From Acidimicrobiia bacterium (GTDB lineage: Bacteria > Actinomycetota > Acidimicrobiia > Spongiisociales > UBA5794), in the NCBI GenBank assembly GCA_041611095.1, contig JBFINP010000003.1, positions 2,800-66,799 on the forward strand: 64,000 bases of DNA, read 5' to 3'. The notes under the pieces were generated by a model. It worked only from the letters and a program-made list of their open reading frames with translations, searched no databases and had not been told where the DNA came from. Positions 1 through 11,022 of the stretch are shown piece by piece (position 1 is the stretch's first letter; every line of letters begins with the position of its first letter). The translations under genes were made by a program, and so were the position numbers.

Positions 1-952
1 GCAGCGCGGAGTAGTACGGCCCCCACACGCCCTCCACGTATCTCGGATCGGGTGACACCGCCATGTGACAGGTCGACGTGCCGCAGATCAGAGCGAGTCG
101 CTTGCTGAGATCGATCGCTTCACCGTCGCCGACGTCGGTGCCGAGGAGCCCGATTCCACCGGCGTGCGCATCGATCACCGGCACCGCCACTGCGATCCCT
201 GCTCGAAGGCCGAGTTGATCGGCGGCTTCTTCGCTGAGCGGGCCGTGCAGGTCCCCCACGGCGCTCACCGCAGAGCCGATGCGAGCGTATCCCTCTTCGG
301 CGAGGTCACCGAGGCCGATCGCTTCGAAGTAGGCCGCTCGCCAGCCCGGCTCTGCGCCGCGGGTCTCGCTGGCAACGTAGGTCCACTTGCAGACTGTCGT
401 GCACAGCGACCGGGCCGAGATTCCTGTGGCGCGCCACGCCAAGAAGTCTGCGAGGTCGAAGAATCCACCGGCACGTTGCCACACCTGCGGCATGTTCTGC
501 TTCAGCCACAGGAGCTTCGGGGTCTGCATCTCGGGCGACATCACGCCGCCTACGTAGCGCAGAACGTCGTCGCCGCCTCGGGTGATCGCGGCCGCCTGCT
601 CCGTGGCCCGGTGGTCCATCCACACGATCACGTTCCGGTCGTCGTCTCCAGACCGGCTGACGGTTACCGGTGCACCATCCGCATCCAGTACGACCAGCGA
701 ACACGCCGCATCGAACCCGACACCGGCGACGCCGGCCGGGTCGACATCGCCCGATTCGAGAGCGGCGCGTAGGGCGGCGACGACCGCATCCCAGATCTGG
801 TCTGAGGACTGCTCGTAGAAATCCGGCTCAGGATTCCACGTCTCGAAGGGCTGAACGCCGATGCCGTAGAGGCGACCGGAGCGGTCGAACACGCCGGCGC
901 GGGCACTGCCGGTTCCGACGTCGACTCCGACGTAGAACGATTGCTCCGTCAC
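1..952 (-). CDS. FGGY-family carbohydrate (pentulose/ribulose-type) kinase, N-terminal 317 codons only; 3' end lies beyond the window edge
   Basis: Absent from the ORF track because it is open at the window edge. My reverse-complement translation from GTG 952 (in-frame TGA two codons upstream) reads VTEQSFYVGVDVGTGSARAGVFDRSGRLYG...NVIVWMDHRA...MSPEMQTPKLLWLKQNMP...ICGTSTCHM. This carries the FGGY N-terminal DxGTxS block and family-typical motifs, with high GC3. Confidence 0.85.
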   Translation of the reverse strand, partial: MTEQSFYVGVDVGTGSARAGVFDRSGRLYGIGVQPFETWNPEPDFYEQSSDQIWDAVVAALRAALESGDVDPAGVAGVGFDAACSLVVLDADGAPVTVSRSGDDDRNVIVWMDHRATEQAAAITRGGDDVLRYVGGVMSPEMQTPKLLWLKQNMPQVWQRAGGFFDLADFLAWRATGISARSLCTTVCKWTYVASETRGAEPGWRAAYFEAIGLGDLAEEGYARIGSAVSAVGDLHGPLSEEAADQLGLRAGIAVAVPVIDAHAGGIGLLGTDVGDGEAIDLSKRLALICGTSTCHMAVSPDPRYVEGVWGPYYSAL

Positions 953-1111
953 CGCTCAGCCTCCGTCCAGGATCGATGCGAAAGCCTACCCAGACCACGT
1001 CGTGGCTGCCTTAGGCCGCAATGCGTGGGCCATCCCCGTCAACTAAGTTGTCCAGATGCACCGTGGGTTCCCGAACCGGACGGTGTTTGCTCCGCCACAA
1101 AAGGAGAGACA

Positions 1112-2668
1112 GTGAACCACCGACTGTCGAGATTCAGGTTTCTTGCCTTGATCGCCATCTTCGCCCTCATCGCTGCCGCCTGCAGCGGCGACGATGACAC
1201 CACGACCGGGGACGACACCGGAGACACCACGGCCGATACCGATGCCCCCGCGACGACGCAGGCTGCCGGCGACATGCAGTTCGATGGCGTCGAGGTCGAG
1301 GTGTTGACGTTCACCGGCCCCCAGATCGCCGAGCCGCTGCAGCGTCGGGCGCCCGATTTCGAGGCGTTGACGGGTGCCAGGGTCAACGTGACCACGGTCC
1401 CGTTCTCGGAGCTGTTCCAGAACATCCTGACCGACGCAGCAACGGGGACGAACAGCTTCGATGCTTGGGTCTTCGCTCCGCAATGGCTCGTCGACTTTGC
1501 GATCCCGGGTTACGTCGAGGACCTGACCGACCGAGTCAACAACGACCCCGACATCGCATGGGACGATGTGGCTCCCTTCTTCCGTGACTTCTCGGCGACC
1601 TACGAGGGCACGATTCGTGCGATTCCGCTCGACGGTGACTTCCACATGGTCTACTACCGGACGGACGTGCTGGAAGCGGCCGGGCTGGAGCCACCCCAGA
1701 CGTGGGACGACTACCTCGCCGTCGCGGCGGCAGTCAACGGTCAAGACATGAACGAGGACGGCGAGGCGGACTACGGAAGTTGCATCTCCAAGGCACGTGG
1801 TCAGCAGTCGTACTGGTGGATCACATCGATCGCAGCTCCGTTCATCCAGAGCCAAGGCACTGCGTCTGGGGCCTTCTTCGACCTCGAGACCTTCGACCCA
1901 CTCGTCAACAACGAGGGTTTCATCCGAGCCCTCGAGATCTACGGTGAGACGGGCGACTACGGGCCGCCCGATGAGTCCAACCTCGGTGTTGGCGATACTC
2001 GTGGCCTGTTCACCGCCGGTCGTTGTGCGCTGACACTCGACTGGGGTGACATCGGAACGCTGGCGCTCGATCCTGAGACATCCGTGGTCCAGGACAAAGT
2101 CGGTGCCGTGATCACTCCAGGCTCCACCCAGGTCATCGACGACAGCGGCGCTCTCGTCGACTGCGATGACACGACCTGCCCATTTGCCATCAACGGCGTC
2201 AACCATGCGCCATTTGCGTCCTTCGGCGGATGGTCGGGCGGGATCAACGCAGCCGCCGACCCTCAAGTCAAGGATGCGGCGTTTGCGTTCCTGTCGTACA
2301 TGACACAACCGGAACAGGCGAACTCCGATGTGACGATCGGCATCACCGGCTTCAATCCCTACCGGGTCTCACAGTTCGAAAACATGGACTTGTGGCTCGA
2401 GGCGGGGATGAGCGAGGCGGCGGCTGACAGCTATCTCGGGGCTATCGCCGATAGCCTGAACAACCCGAACATGGTTCTCGATCTGCGGGTCCCACAGAAC
2501 CAGCGTTATCAGCAGACGGTGCTCGACACGATCCTGGCGCAGTTCGTCGCCGGAGAGTTGACCGCAGCGGAGGCCGCCGCTGAGATCTTCAGCCAATGGC
2601 AAGAGATCACAGAAGAGCTCGGGCGCGACGCTCAGCTAGCGGCCTACAAGAGCACGCTCGGCTCGTGA
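1112..2668 (+). CDS. Sugar-type ABC transporter substrate-binding lipoprotein (family 1 solute-binding protein)
   Basis: Frame of track ORF 941..2668, trimmed to GTG 1112 behind RBS AAGGAGAG (1101-1108). The N-terminus VNHRLSRFRFLALIAIFALIAAAC is a signal peptide plus lipobox, followed by an SGDDD/T-rich linker and an SBP-like body. Confidence 0.9.
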   Translation: MNHRLSRFRFLALIAIFALIAAACSGDDDTTTGDDTGDTTADTDAPATTQAAGDMQFDGVEVEVLTFTGPQIAEPLQRRAPDFEALTGARVNVTTVPFSELFQNILTDAATGTNSFDAWVFAPQWLVDFAIPGYVEDLTDRVNNDPDIAWDDVAPFFRDFSATYEGTIRAIPLDGDFHMVYYRTDVLEAAGLEPPQTWDDYLAVAAAVNGQDMNEDGEADYGSCISKARGQQSYWWITSIAAPFIQSQGTASGAFFDLETFDPLVNNEGFIRALEIYGETGDYGPPDESNLGVGDTRGLFTAGRCALTLDWGDIGTLALDPETSVVQDKVGAVITPGSTQVIDDSGALVDCDDTTCPFAINGVNHAPFASFGGWSGGINAAADPQVKDAAFAFLSYMTQPEQANSDVTIGITGFNPYRVSQFENMDLWLEAGMSEAAADSYLGAIADSLNNPNMVLDLRVPQNQRYQQTVLDTILAQFVAGELTAAEAAAEIFSQWQEITEELGRDAQLAAYKSTLGS

Positions 2669-2729
2669 CGGTCGATCACTCGGGGCCCGGGCGCATCGCT
2701 TCCGGGCCCCGAGTGCCAACCCACCGCTG

Positions 2730-3884
2730 ATGGCTTTGCCCGATGCGATCGACGCTCGGCGTGCGCCGCGGAGCGCTGGGGAACGGACGCTGTTTCCTCG
2801 CGAAGCTTCCACCCGCCGCCTGCTGACTTCCCCGGCGGTGGTGCTGGTGATCCTGCTCAGCATCTTTCCGCTGATCATCTCGGCGTATCTGGCGTTCTCG
2901 CGGTTTCAGTTCGTATCCGACGGGTTCGACATCACGTTCACCGGGCTCGACAACTTCCGCAAGCTGCTGACGGGCAGCCAGAGCCGGCGATTCGTCGGAA
3001 GGATCGGCACGATCCCCTGGTGGGGGTGGCTTGCCCTGGTGGGCTTCGTCGGCTCCATGGCATGGACCGGGGTTCGGGCGGTTCGCTCGGCACCCGCGAA
3101 GCGGGTGCGCATCGCCGTCTCGCGAAGCGTGGTGACGATCGCAGGCACCGCGTTGCTGGCCCTGATGATCCAAACGCTCCAGGGTGACGGTCTGCCGGGA
3201 TCGGTCGTCGTCACTCTTGTCTTCGTTCTCGCCGGTGTGGCGCTCCAGTACACCTTGGGGCTCGGTCTGGCGATGGCCGCGTCCCAGCCGCTCCGTGGCA
3301 AGCGCTTCTTTCGCGCAGTGTTCCTGATACCGATGACGATCACACCGGTGGGCGCCGCCTACATGTTCCGCATGATCTCCGATACGGGGAAGGGGCCGCT
3401 CGAGCCTCTGTGGTCGTTCTTCTTCGGCGCCGGGCAATACACGTGGGTGGACAACCCCTGGGGCGCCAGGATCGCGATCATCGTGGCCGACACATGGCAG
3501 TGGACGCCCTTCATGTTCATCATCCTGGTGGCCGCGGTTGAGAGCGTGCCGGACGCGCTTCTCGAAGCGGCCAAGGTAGACGGTGCCAAGGCCTGGCATC
3601 AGTTCCGCTACGTCACCCTCCCGATGATTGCCCCGGTGTCGCTGACGCTGCTGCTCATCCGCTCGATCGAAGCGTTCAAGATCATCGATCTGCCACAGGT
3701 GCTCACCGGCGGCGGACCCGGCACGGCCACGGAGTCTCTGGCATTAGGGGCCGTGCTCGAGTGGCGGGCATTGAATCTGGGCGGCTCTGCCGCCATCTCG
3801 TACGCGATGCTCGTGCTCACGACCTTCTTCGCCCTCATCCTCGTCAACTACGGCCACCGTCGTGCGGTGGCCGCCATCTCATGA
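2730..3884 (+). CDS. ABC transporter permease (MalF/UgpA-like)
   Basis: Track ORF 2730..3884. Multiple hydrophobic helices and an EAA-type loop LEAAKVDGAKAWHQFRYVTLPMIAP. The start codon is not certain. Confidence 0.9.
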   Translation: MALPDAIDARRAPRSAGERTLFPREASTRRLLTSPAVVLVILLSIFPLIISAYLAFSRFQFVSDGFDITFTGLDNFRKLLTGSQSRRFVGRIGTIPWWGWLALVGFVGSMAWTGVRAVRSAPAKRVRIAVSRSVVTIAGTALLALMIQTLQGDGLPGSVVVTLVFVLAGVALQYTLGLGLAMAASQPLRGKRFFRAVFLIPMTITPVGAAYMFRMISDTGKGPLEPLWSFFFGAGQYTWVDNPWGARIAIIVADTWQWTPFMFIILVAAVESVPDALLEAAKVDGAKAWHQFRYVTLPMIAPVSLTLLLIRSIEAFKIIDLPQVLTGGGPGTATESLALGAVLEWRALNLGGSAAISYAMLVLTTFFALILVNYGHRRAVAAIS

Positions 3885-4939
3885 GTACCGCACCGACGGA
3901 GCTCCGCGAGACGGCTGCCGGTGCCACCAGGAGGCGGAGCGCGCTCGGCTTGTCGCGTCGCAGCACGGTCGGCGTGTACGTCGTACTCATCTTCTGGACG
4001 CTGGTCGTGCTGTTCCCGATCTACTGGATCGCAACGACATCGCTGAAATCGCCGCTCGACGTCAACTCGGGCCCCGTGTATCTGCCGGGGGTCGACTACG
4101 AGCCGACGCTCGATGCATGGGATTGGGCACTGAACACCGAGGGAAACCAAACCCGACGCGCCTTTGTGAATACCTTGGTCGTCGGTGTCGTGAGCGCAGT
4201 GATCACCGTAGCGGTTGGCGCTGCCGCGTCCTACGGGCTGTCCCGAATGCAGTATCGGCCGAGACTGTCTTCGGTCGCCGCCTTCATCGGATCCGGCGTC
4301 TTGGCCGTGTTCCTCATCGTGCTGGGCCTCCCGTGGCCAACTGCCGTACTCGTCTGGACCGCCGTGTTTGCCGCGTCGGTGGCGACATGGGCTCGGCGCT
4401 ACCAATTCCGCCTGACCAACGACGACATTGCGTTCTGGCTCATCTCGCAGCGCATCCTGCCTCCGATCGCCATCGTGCTCCCCCTCTTCGTGTTCTTCCA
4501 GCAGATCGACCTGCTCGACACCCAACTGGCCTTGATCATCACCTACGTCGGCGCCAACCTGCCAATTGCGATCTGGCTACTCCGCGACTTCTTCGCCAAC
4601 ATCCCGATCGACCTCGAGGAGGCGGCGGCGATCGAAGGCGCCACGCGCTTTCAGGCGCTGCGCAAGATCATCCTGCCCCTTGCGGTACCCGGCCTGGTGG
4701 CGACATTCCTGTTCATCCTTGTCTTTGCGTGGAACGAGTTCCTGATCGCAACAGTGCTCAGCTCGGCAGACGCTCAGACCATGCCGCTCCTGGTGGTGTC
4801 CCAGAACGCCACCCGGGGCCCACAATGGTGGAACATGTCGGTGCTGATAATCATCATGTCGGTGCCCGTCATCGCAATGGCGATCTTCCTGGAGCGCTAC
4901 ATCGCCCGCGGCCTTCTCGTGGGTGCCGTCAAGCACTGA
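3881..4939 (+). CDS. ABC transporter permease (MalG/UgpE-like)
   Basis: Frame of ORF 3761..4939, trimmed to ATG 3881, which overlaps the upstream TGA (ATGA). EAA loop LEEAAAIEGATRFQALRKIILPLAVP; 6-TM-like profile. Confidence 0.9.
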   Translation: MSTAPTELRETAAGATRRRSALGLSRRSTVGVYVVLIFWTLVVLFPIYWIATTSLKSPLDVNSGPVYLPGVDYEPTLDAWDWALNTEGNQTRRAFVNTLVVGVVSAVITVAVGAAASYGLSRMQYRPRLSSVAAFIGSGVLAVFLIVLGLPWPTAVLVWTAVFAASVATWARRYQFRLTNDDIAFWLISQRILPPIAIVLPLFVFFQQIDLLDTQLALIITYVGANLPIAIWLLRDFFANIPIDLEEAAAIEGATRFQALRKIILPLAVPGLVATFLFILVFAWNEFLIATVLSSADAQTMPLLVVSQNATRGPQWWNMSVLIIIMSVPVIAMAIFLERYIARGLLVGAVKH

Positions 4940-4944
4940 ACACG

Positions 4945-7404
4945 TCAGACCCCGGTGCGCCGTTGCCGAAGAATCTCGGCGTCTGTCTGCACGGTGGTCG
5001 TTTGATGTCCGGGAAGGGGAAGGATCCGCTCGTGGATGGCGTCGACGATCCACTCCTTCTGCGGGAAGTACTCGGGTTCGAGATCTGCCGGCGGAGCGAT
5101 CCAATTCCGTGCGCCGAGGACCACAACAGGCGCATCGAGATCGTCGAATGCCGCCCCAGCGATGGTCGTTGCCATCGTGTGCAGGAACGATCCTCGCTCT
5201 ACCGCATCCGCCGCCAACACCACCCTGCCGGTCTTCCGGACGGAATCGAGGATGGGCGTGTAGTCGAGCGGGTTCAGGAACCTGGCGTCGATCACCTCCG
5301 CAGAGAGGCCATACCGCTCTTCGAGCTCGCCGGCAGCTTCGAGGGCTCGATACAAGGTGGCGCCAATGGTCACGAGGGTGAGGTCGTCTCCGGTCCTGCG
5401 GCGGGCCGGTTGGCCGAGTTCGACGACGTAGTGGTCGACCGGGACGCCGCCCGGAACAAGCGTCTCCACCATCGGGTACAGCCGCTGGCTCTCGAAGAAC
5501 ACCACAGGATCCGTGCCTATCAGGGCGAGAGCCAGCATCCCCTTGGCGTCGTACGGCGTGGCCGGGTAGAAGACTCGGAGACCGGGCACGTGCGCCACCA
5601 TCGAGCTCCAGTCTTGCGAATGCTGGGCGCCGTACTTCGATCCGACGGAGACGCGAAGCACCAGCGGCATGGCGAGCTCACCTCCGGACATCGCTTGCCA
5701 CTTCGCCATCTGGTTGAAGATCTCGTCACCGGCGCGGCCGATGAAGTCGCTGTACATGAGCTCGACGACTGCTCGACCGCCGCTGATCGCGTAGCCAACG
5801 CCCGACCCGACGATCGCGGCTTCCGAGATCGACGTGTTGAACAGCCGGTGGTAGGGGAGGCACTCCGTCAACCCGCGGTACACGCCGAACGCTCCTCCCC
5901 AATCCCGGTTCTCCTCCCCGAAGCCCACCATCGTCGGGTCTTCGTAGAAGCGATGCACCATCGCCTCGAAGAGGGCTTCGGCGAAGGTGACCGCCATCCG
6001 CCCACTGCGAGGCTCACCTGCGTCGTCGAGGCCAAACCGATGTTTCGCTGCGGTCACGGCGAACCGAGTCTCGCCCAACGGGAGCAGGACATCCGGCTCA
6101 CCGTCGCCACAGCGAGCGGCCGTTGCCGTCGAGAACATCACGTCGGCGATCGAGGCGGTCGGCGGACCGGCTCGAGGTGACAGCGCAGGCGACACCGCCG
6201 CCTCGAAGATCTTGACCACCCGCTCTGCTGCGCTCGCCCTCATCTCGTCGAGCTCTGCACGGTCGGCATGGCCGTTGTCGATCAGGTAGTCGCCGAACGT
6301 ACGAAGTGGGTCGACGGCCGTCCACAGCTCGAGCTCCTCGGCGTCGCGATACGCGGACGCATCGGACGTCGAGTGGCCGGAGATCCGGTACGCGATCGTC
6401 TCGAGCAGCACCGGTCCCTGCCCGGCTTCCAAGATGGCCCGCTTGCGCCGGATCGCATCGGCCACCGCGAGCGGGTTGTACCCGTCGACCCGCTCGGCGT
6501 GCATGCCGTCGGGGTTGATGCCAAGACCGGCACGTGCGATCGGTCCCTGTCCCATGGTCTCGCCCTCGGGCTGGCCGCCCATCCCATAGAAGTTGTTGAC
6601 GAAGTTGAAGAGGATCGGTGGATTGCCCCCGAGCGCCGGATCCCACAACGTCCGGTACTGGTCCATCGCCGCCAAGGTCATCGCCTCCCACACCGGGCCC
6701 GTGCCGAGTGCCGAGTCTCCGACGTTGGCGATGACGATCCCGGGCCGGCGGTTGATCCGTTTGAACAGGGCTGCGCCGGTAGCGATGGGCGCCGAGCCGC
6801 CGACTATTGCGTTGTTCGGCATCACACCGAACGGCGTGATGAACGCATGCATCGAACCGCCGAGACCCCGGTTGAAGCCCGTGTCCTTTCCGAGGATCTC
6901 GGCCAGTAGGCCGTACAGCGCGAAGTCGATCGCCAAAGCGACTGGATCGTTTCCACCGAGGGACGCCACCACTTTGAAGACAGCCCCGTCGCGATAGTCC
7001 TCCATAGCGGCGAGGAGCGCTTCGGCGGAAAGCTGTCGACTGGCGGACAAGCTCTTGGCGAGCACTTCGCCATGGCTGCGATGCGACCCGAAGATCAGAT
7101 CGTCGACGCCCAGGGCGGCACTTTGGCCGACGGCGGCCGCCTCCTGCCCGATCGACAGGTGAGCGGGGCCCACGTACTCGCATGCGATGCCCTCATACCG
7201 TCCCGTGCGTTTGACCTGGTCGAGCGCCTCCTCGAACTCGCGAATCAGCGCCATGTCGCTGAACATCGTGGTCAGCCCGTCTCGACCGTATACCGCCGCT
7301 TCCTGAGCGGGATCGGACTGATACGCGTTGAGGGGCACCAGCGGTGCGTCGAGCACACCGGCGCGGCGCGCTTCCTCCGGGTCGACGCGAATTCGTTTCG
7401 TCAT
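4945..7404 (-). CDS. Thiamine-diphosphate-dependent 2-oxoacid/acetoin-type dehydrogenase E1 component, alpha and beta subunits fused (819 aa)
   Basis: Track ORF. The N-half has the TPP motif [14 protein letters not shown]...[10 protein letters not shown] (GDx...NN). The C-half has E1-beta blocks [38 protein letters not shown] and a transketolase-C-like tail. Confidence 0.9.
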   Translation of the reverse strand: MTKRIRVDPEEARRAGVLDAPLVPLNAYQSDPAQEAAVYGRDGLTTMFSDMALIREFEEALDQVKRTGRYEGIACEYVGPAHLSIGQEAAAVGQSAALGVDDLIFGSHRSHGEVLAKSLSASRQLSAEALLAAMEDYRDGAVFKVVASLGGNDPVALAIDFALYGLLAEILGKDTGFNRGLGGSMHAFITPFGVMPNNAIVGGSAPIATGAALFKRINRRPGIVIANVGDSALGTGPVWEAMTLAAMDQYRTLWDPALGGNPPILFNFVNNFYGMGGQPEGETMGQGPIARAGLGINPDGMHAERVDGYNPLAVADAIRRKRAILEAGQGPVLLETIAYRISGHSTSDASAYRDAEELELWTAVDPLRTFGDYLIDNGHADRAELDEMRASAAERVVKIFEAAVSPALSPRAGPPTASIADVMFSTATAARCGDGEPDVLLPLGETRFAVTAAKHRFGLDDAGEPRSGRMAVTFAEALFEAMVHRFYEDPTMVGFGEENRDWGGAFGVYRGLTECLPYHRLFNTSISEAAIVGSGVGYAISGGRAVVELMYSDFIGRAGDEIFNQMAKWQAMSGGELAMPLVLRVSVGSKYGAQHSQDWSSMVAHVPGLRVFYPATPYDAKGMLALALIGTDPVVFFESQRLYPMVETLVPGGVPVDHYVVELGQPARRRTGDDLTLVTIGATLYRALEAAGELEERYGLSAEVIDARFLNPLDYTPILDSVRKTGRVVLAADAVERGSFLHTMATTIAGAAFDDLDAPVVVLGARNWIAPPADLEPEYFPQKEWIVDAIHERILPLPGHQTTTVQTDAEILRQRRTGV

Positions 7405-8717
7405 CGCGGGCCCTTCAGGTCCTCACCGCCGTTGTGGGAGCCGGGAGCGTGGGCTCCAGCGTCACGGTCGGTTCGTGCCAGCTCGGGTGCGTTTTCCATG
7501 GCGTGAGCGAGCGTCGCCAAGAAGGCAGCCCCCGGCGCTCCGTCGACCACCTGGTGGTCGATCGTGAGCGAGAGGGGGATCTGGCGAGCCATCTGCAGGG
7601 TGCCGCCGGGGTCGACAGCCGGTCGTTCCGTCAACGCCCCGACCCCGAGAATCGCCACCTGGGGAGGATTGAGAATCGGCGTGAAGTACTCCACGCCGCT
7701 CGGGCCGAGATTGGACACTGTGAAGGTCCCACCGCCGAGCTCGTCCGGGCTGACGCTTCCCTCCAGACAGGCTGCGGAAAGCCGTTGCCGCTCCGACGCG
7801 AGTTCCGCCAGCGACATGCGATGGGCATTGCGAATGACCGGAGCCAGCAAGCCGCCCGGCGTGTCGATCGCGAATGCGAGATGCACCGCAGCGTGGCGGT
7901 AGAGAACGCCTTCGTCGAGCAATGCATTGAGCCCCGGTCGCTCCTGCAGCGCTCGTACCACCAACGCATGAATCAGGTCCGATAGGGTCACGGCGGCGGC
8001 TCCGGGCGTCGCGTCGCCCCGGGTGCGGTGCATGGCGTCGAACAAGCCGGTCGCATCGACTGTTCGATGGAGCGTCAGCTGGGCCGTCGTGTGGAGCGAG
8101 TCGAGCATGCGCTCGGCGATCACCCGGCGCGTACCTACGACCGGGTGCGCCTCGATGCCGGTCTGGGCCGTGGCACCAGCCGCCGCGGCCACGGCACCGT
8201 GCCGCGCATCGCCTCCCGCTCCTGAAGGCGATCCGGCGAGCACATCTCGCTCGATGATTCGCCCTTGGGGGCCGGAGCCGCTCACTCCGCCGACGTCGAT
8301 GCCCAGCTCGTCGGCGAGTCGCGCAGCTCGAGGCGACACTCCGGGTCTCGCGACACCTGCGACCGATCCGGTCGGAACCGATGCCGGTACGTGCGCGTGC
8401 CGGCTCTCTGGGCCACCGCGTGGTACGGCGTCACGTGCTCCCTGCCCCTGGGAAGGCGCAAAGCCAGAGATGTCGTCTCCCGGCTCGCCGATCACGCCGA
8501 CGACGGTGTGCTGGGGAACTTCGCTGGACGCCTCGCGCAGGATTGCCAGGAGGGTCCCCGACGCAGGGCTCTCGATGTCGACCGTTGCTTTGTCCGTGTC
8601 GAGCTGGAGCAACACCTCCCCGGCGGTGACCTCGTCACCTGGGCTCTTGAGCCACTCCAGGATCAGCACGTCGTCACCTGCGTTGCCGAGTTCGGGTATC
8701 ACGATGGGCGTCGGCAT
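7401..8717 (-). CDS. Dihydrolipoamide acyltransferase (E2 component)
   Basis: Lipoyl domain [19 protein letters not shown] (lipoyl-Lys), E3/E1-binding domain [32 protein letters not shown], catalytic motif [13 protein letters not shown]. Overlaps the E1 start by 4 nt. Confidence 0.9.
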   Translation of the reverse strand: MPTPIVIPELGNAGDDVLILEWLKSPGDEVTAGEVLLQLDTDKATVDIESPASGTLLAILREASSEVPQHTVVGVIGEPGDDISGFAPSQGQGARDAVPRGGPESRHAHVPASVPTGSVAGVARPGVSPRAARLADELGIDVGGVSGSGPQGRIIERDVLAGSPSGAGGDARHGAVAAAAGATAQTGIEAHPVVGTRRVIAERMLDSLHTTAQLTLHRTVDATGLFDAMHRTRGDATPGAAAVTLSDLIHALVVRALQERPGLNALLDEGVLYRHAAVHLAFAIDTPGGLLAPVIRNAHRMSLAELASERQRLSAACLEGSVSPDELGGGTFTVSNLGPSGVEYFTPILNPPQVAILGVGALTERPAVDPGGTLQMARQIPLSLTIDHQVVDGAPGAAFLATLAHAMENAPELARTDRDAGAHAPGSHNGGEDLKGPR

Positions 8718-8799
8718 GGAGCCTCCACGAGCATCGATCGCTGCACGTCAGCTTCGCCGGACGATCGGCTCTCGCCGCTCGGCCGCCGCTCGACGCGTC

Positions 8800-9876
8800 T
8801 CATGCTGAAGCCAGCTCTTCATCGAAGCACACTGCGACCTTCCCGCAGTCACCTGACGCCATCACGGCATACGCTTCCCCGGCTTGTTCGAGCGTGAAGC
8901 GATGTGTAACGAGTTCTGACGGATGCCGGTCCCAGCGTACGAGGCGGCCAACGAGGTCCTGCATCTTCCAGATGGACGTGACCCACGACCCGTACACGGT
9001 CTTCTGACCGTGGATCATGTCCGGAGAGGGGTTCACCTCCATCGAGCCACCCTCGCCGATGAGGGCGATGCGCCCCCATTTCCCCGTCGCTCGAATGGCA
9101 GCGGCGCGCGCCGCCGGATGCGCCGAGCACTCGACTGCCCGTTCGACCCCGCGTCCGGCGGTGAGCTCGAGGATCTCCTCGACGTTGCCGGGGCCTGCGG
9201 TGATGACCTCGTCGCACAGACCGAGATCGATCGCCAGGGCCATTCGCTCCGGCCTGACGTCGATCCCGATGATGTGGTTCGACCCCAACGCCCGGCAGAG
9301 CATCGCCGCGGCAAGACCGACAGGCCCCAGGCCGGTCACCAGCACCGCATCGTTGCCGGTGACACCGATCTTCTCCAAGCCCTCGTACACCGTGCCGAAT
9401 CCGCATGCGACCTGGGCGCCATCGACGTAGCTGAGCTCCTCGGGGAGAAGCACCAGGTCCTTCTCCTCGGCCACCATGTAATCCGCCATCCCGCCGTCAC
9501 GCTGCCAGCCGTACGCCCGCCGATACCTCTCGTCCGTGCAGGAGATCATGTATCCGCGGCGGCAGTCGTTGCACAACCCGCAGCCGGAGATGTGGTACAC
9601 GATGACGCGGTCGCCCGTCTCGAAGCGGCGGCATCCCTCTCCGGTCGCCACGATCTGCCCGGCAGGCTCGTGGCCGGCGATGACGCCTTGGTACGCCTCT
9701 GGACCACTCCCGAGGTGTTCGTGATAGATGGCGCGAATGTCCGAACCGCAGATCGTCGACGCTTTGGTGCGGATCAGCACTTCGCCGTGGCCGGGGACCG
9801 GGACATCGAACTCCCGCAACTGCGCCGAGCTGTCGCCTGGCAGCACGACGCCTCGCATGGTCTGTGGAAAGGTCAT
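8800..9876 (-). CDS. Zinc-dependent medium-chain alcohol/polyol dehydrogenase (sorbitol/threonine/butanediol dehydrogenase-like)
   Basis: Catalytic Zn motif CGSDIRAIY...GHEPAG, structural Zn motif GCGLCNDCRRG, Rossmann motif VLVTGLGPVGL. Confidence 0.9.
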   Translation of the reverse strand: MTFPQTMRGVVLPGDSSAQLREFDVPVPGHGEVLIRTKASTICGSDIRAIYHEHLGSGPEAYQGVIAGHEPAGQIVATGEGCRRFETGDRVIVYHISGCGLCNDCRRGYMISCTDERYRRAYGWQRDGGMADYMVAEEKDLVLLPEELSYVDGAQVACGFGTVYEGLEKIGVTGNDAVLVTGLGPVGLAAAMLCRALGSNHIIGIDVRPERMALAIDLGLCDEVITAGPGNVEEILELTAGRGVERAVECSAHPAARAAAIRATGKWGRIALIGEGGSMEVNPSPDMIHGQKTVYGSWVTSIWKMQDLVGRLVRWDRHPSELVTHRFTLEQAGEAYAVMASGDCGKVAVCFDEELASA

Positions 9877-9939
9877 CTCCGCTTTCGCCTCCTCCGGTCG
9901 GAGCGTACTGGCCCTCCGCTCCTCGAGGCCGGGGACGGA

Positions 9940-10983
9940 TCAGGGTGGCGTGATGTGGCCTTCGGGATCCCACAGGTCCTTCCAGTCCTGCCCCTCCTTC
10001 CAGAGGAACACCTGACCCTTGATGAGCCGGCATTGTCTGTCGGTGGCCGCGATCGCCCTCATCTCCTCGTCACTCAGCGGCGCAGAGACCACACTCTGGA
10101 GGTTGCTGAGGTAGTGGCGCGGCGTCACCGAGAACGGGATCGGAACCTGCCCGCGCTGGACCGCCCATTTGATGCATACGGTTGCCGGATGCCACCCGTG
10201 CCGCTCTGCGATGGACAGGATCACCTCGTCTTCCATGTCGACGGAGTCTGCCGGCGTGCGGTCTCTGTCCGGGCGACCAGGAGACCCGAGCGGCGAGTAT
10301 CCGATCGGAAGCATCCCGTGGCCGACGACGTAGTCGAACAGTTCTGGCTGCTGGAAGTGCGGATGGAGCTCCATCTCGTTGGCGGCGGGCTTGATCGATG
10401 CATCGCGGAGAACGAGCTCGAGCTTGGGAATCGTCATGTTGGAGGTACCTATGTGGCGGACGAGGCCCTCGTCGACGAGACGCTCCATCTGATGCCATGT
10501 CGCCATATAGGCCTCGTGGAGGTAGGGCTTGGCGTCTGGGCTACGCGACGTGACGTCGCTGCCGGGCGGGTGATGGTTGGGAAACGGCCAATGGACCAGG
10601 TAGAGGTCCAGGTAGTCGAGCTGTAGATCGCGAAGGGTCCGGTGGCATGAGATCAGTACATCGCCTTCACCGTGCATGTCGTTCCACAGCTTCGACGTCA
10701 CCCACAACTCCTCGCGGTTGACGCCGCGCGCCATCAGGTGCGTCAACGACTCGCCGATCAGGTGCTCGTTCCCGTATACGGAAGCGCAGTCGAAGTGGCG
10801 GCATCCCACCGCAGCTGCGCCGATGACCGCCTCGGCCACCTTCGCGCCCGGGACGTGATCAGATCCGAAGGTACCGAGGCCGATGGCGGGGATCGTGGCG
10901 CCGGTGTAGAGCGCCCGTTGCGGTACGAGCGCCGGTTCGACGGATCCTGCAGCGGATTGCGAGTCTGGCAGGTCGCTCCCCAT
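9940..10983 (-). CDS. Aldo/keto reductase
   Basis: IPAIGLGTFGSDH, HFDCASVYGNE, DYLDLYLVHWP, IGTSNM and GYSPLGS are AKR signature blocks. Confidence 0.9.
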   Translation of the reverse strand: MGSDLPDSQSAAGSVEPALVPQRALYTGATIPAIGLGTFGSDHVPGAKVAEAVIGAAAVGCRHFDCASVYGNEHLIGESLTHLMARGVNREELWVTSKLWNDMHGEGDVLISCHRTLRDLQLDYLDLYLVHWPFPNHHPPGSDVTSRSPDAKPYLHEAYMATWHQMERLVDEGLVRHIGTSNMTIPKLELVLRDASIKPAANEMELHPHFQQPELFDYVVGHGMLPIGYSPLGSPGRPDRDRTPADSVDMEDEVILSIAERHGWHPATVCIKWAVQRGQVPIPFSVTPRHYLSNLQSVVSAPLSDEEMRAIAATDRQCRLIKGQVFLWKEGQDWKDLWDPEGHITPP

Positions 10984-11022
10984 GGCGTTTCTCGGCCTCC
11001 TCGGGTCTACGCCGGTGCCGAT

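Noticed and set aside
3862-6180. 772-aa plus-strand ORF spanning the permease/E1 boundary
   Set aside because: It is Arg/Pro/Gly-rich and low in complexity. It runs antisense to the well-supported E1 gene and out of frame with the permease, so it is a typical high-GC shadow ORF.
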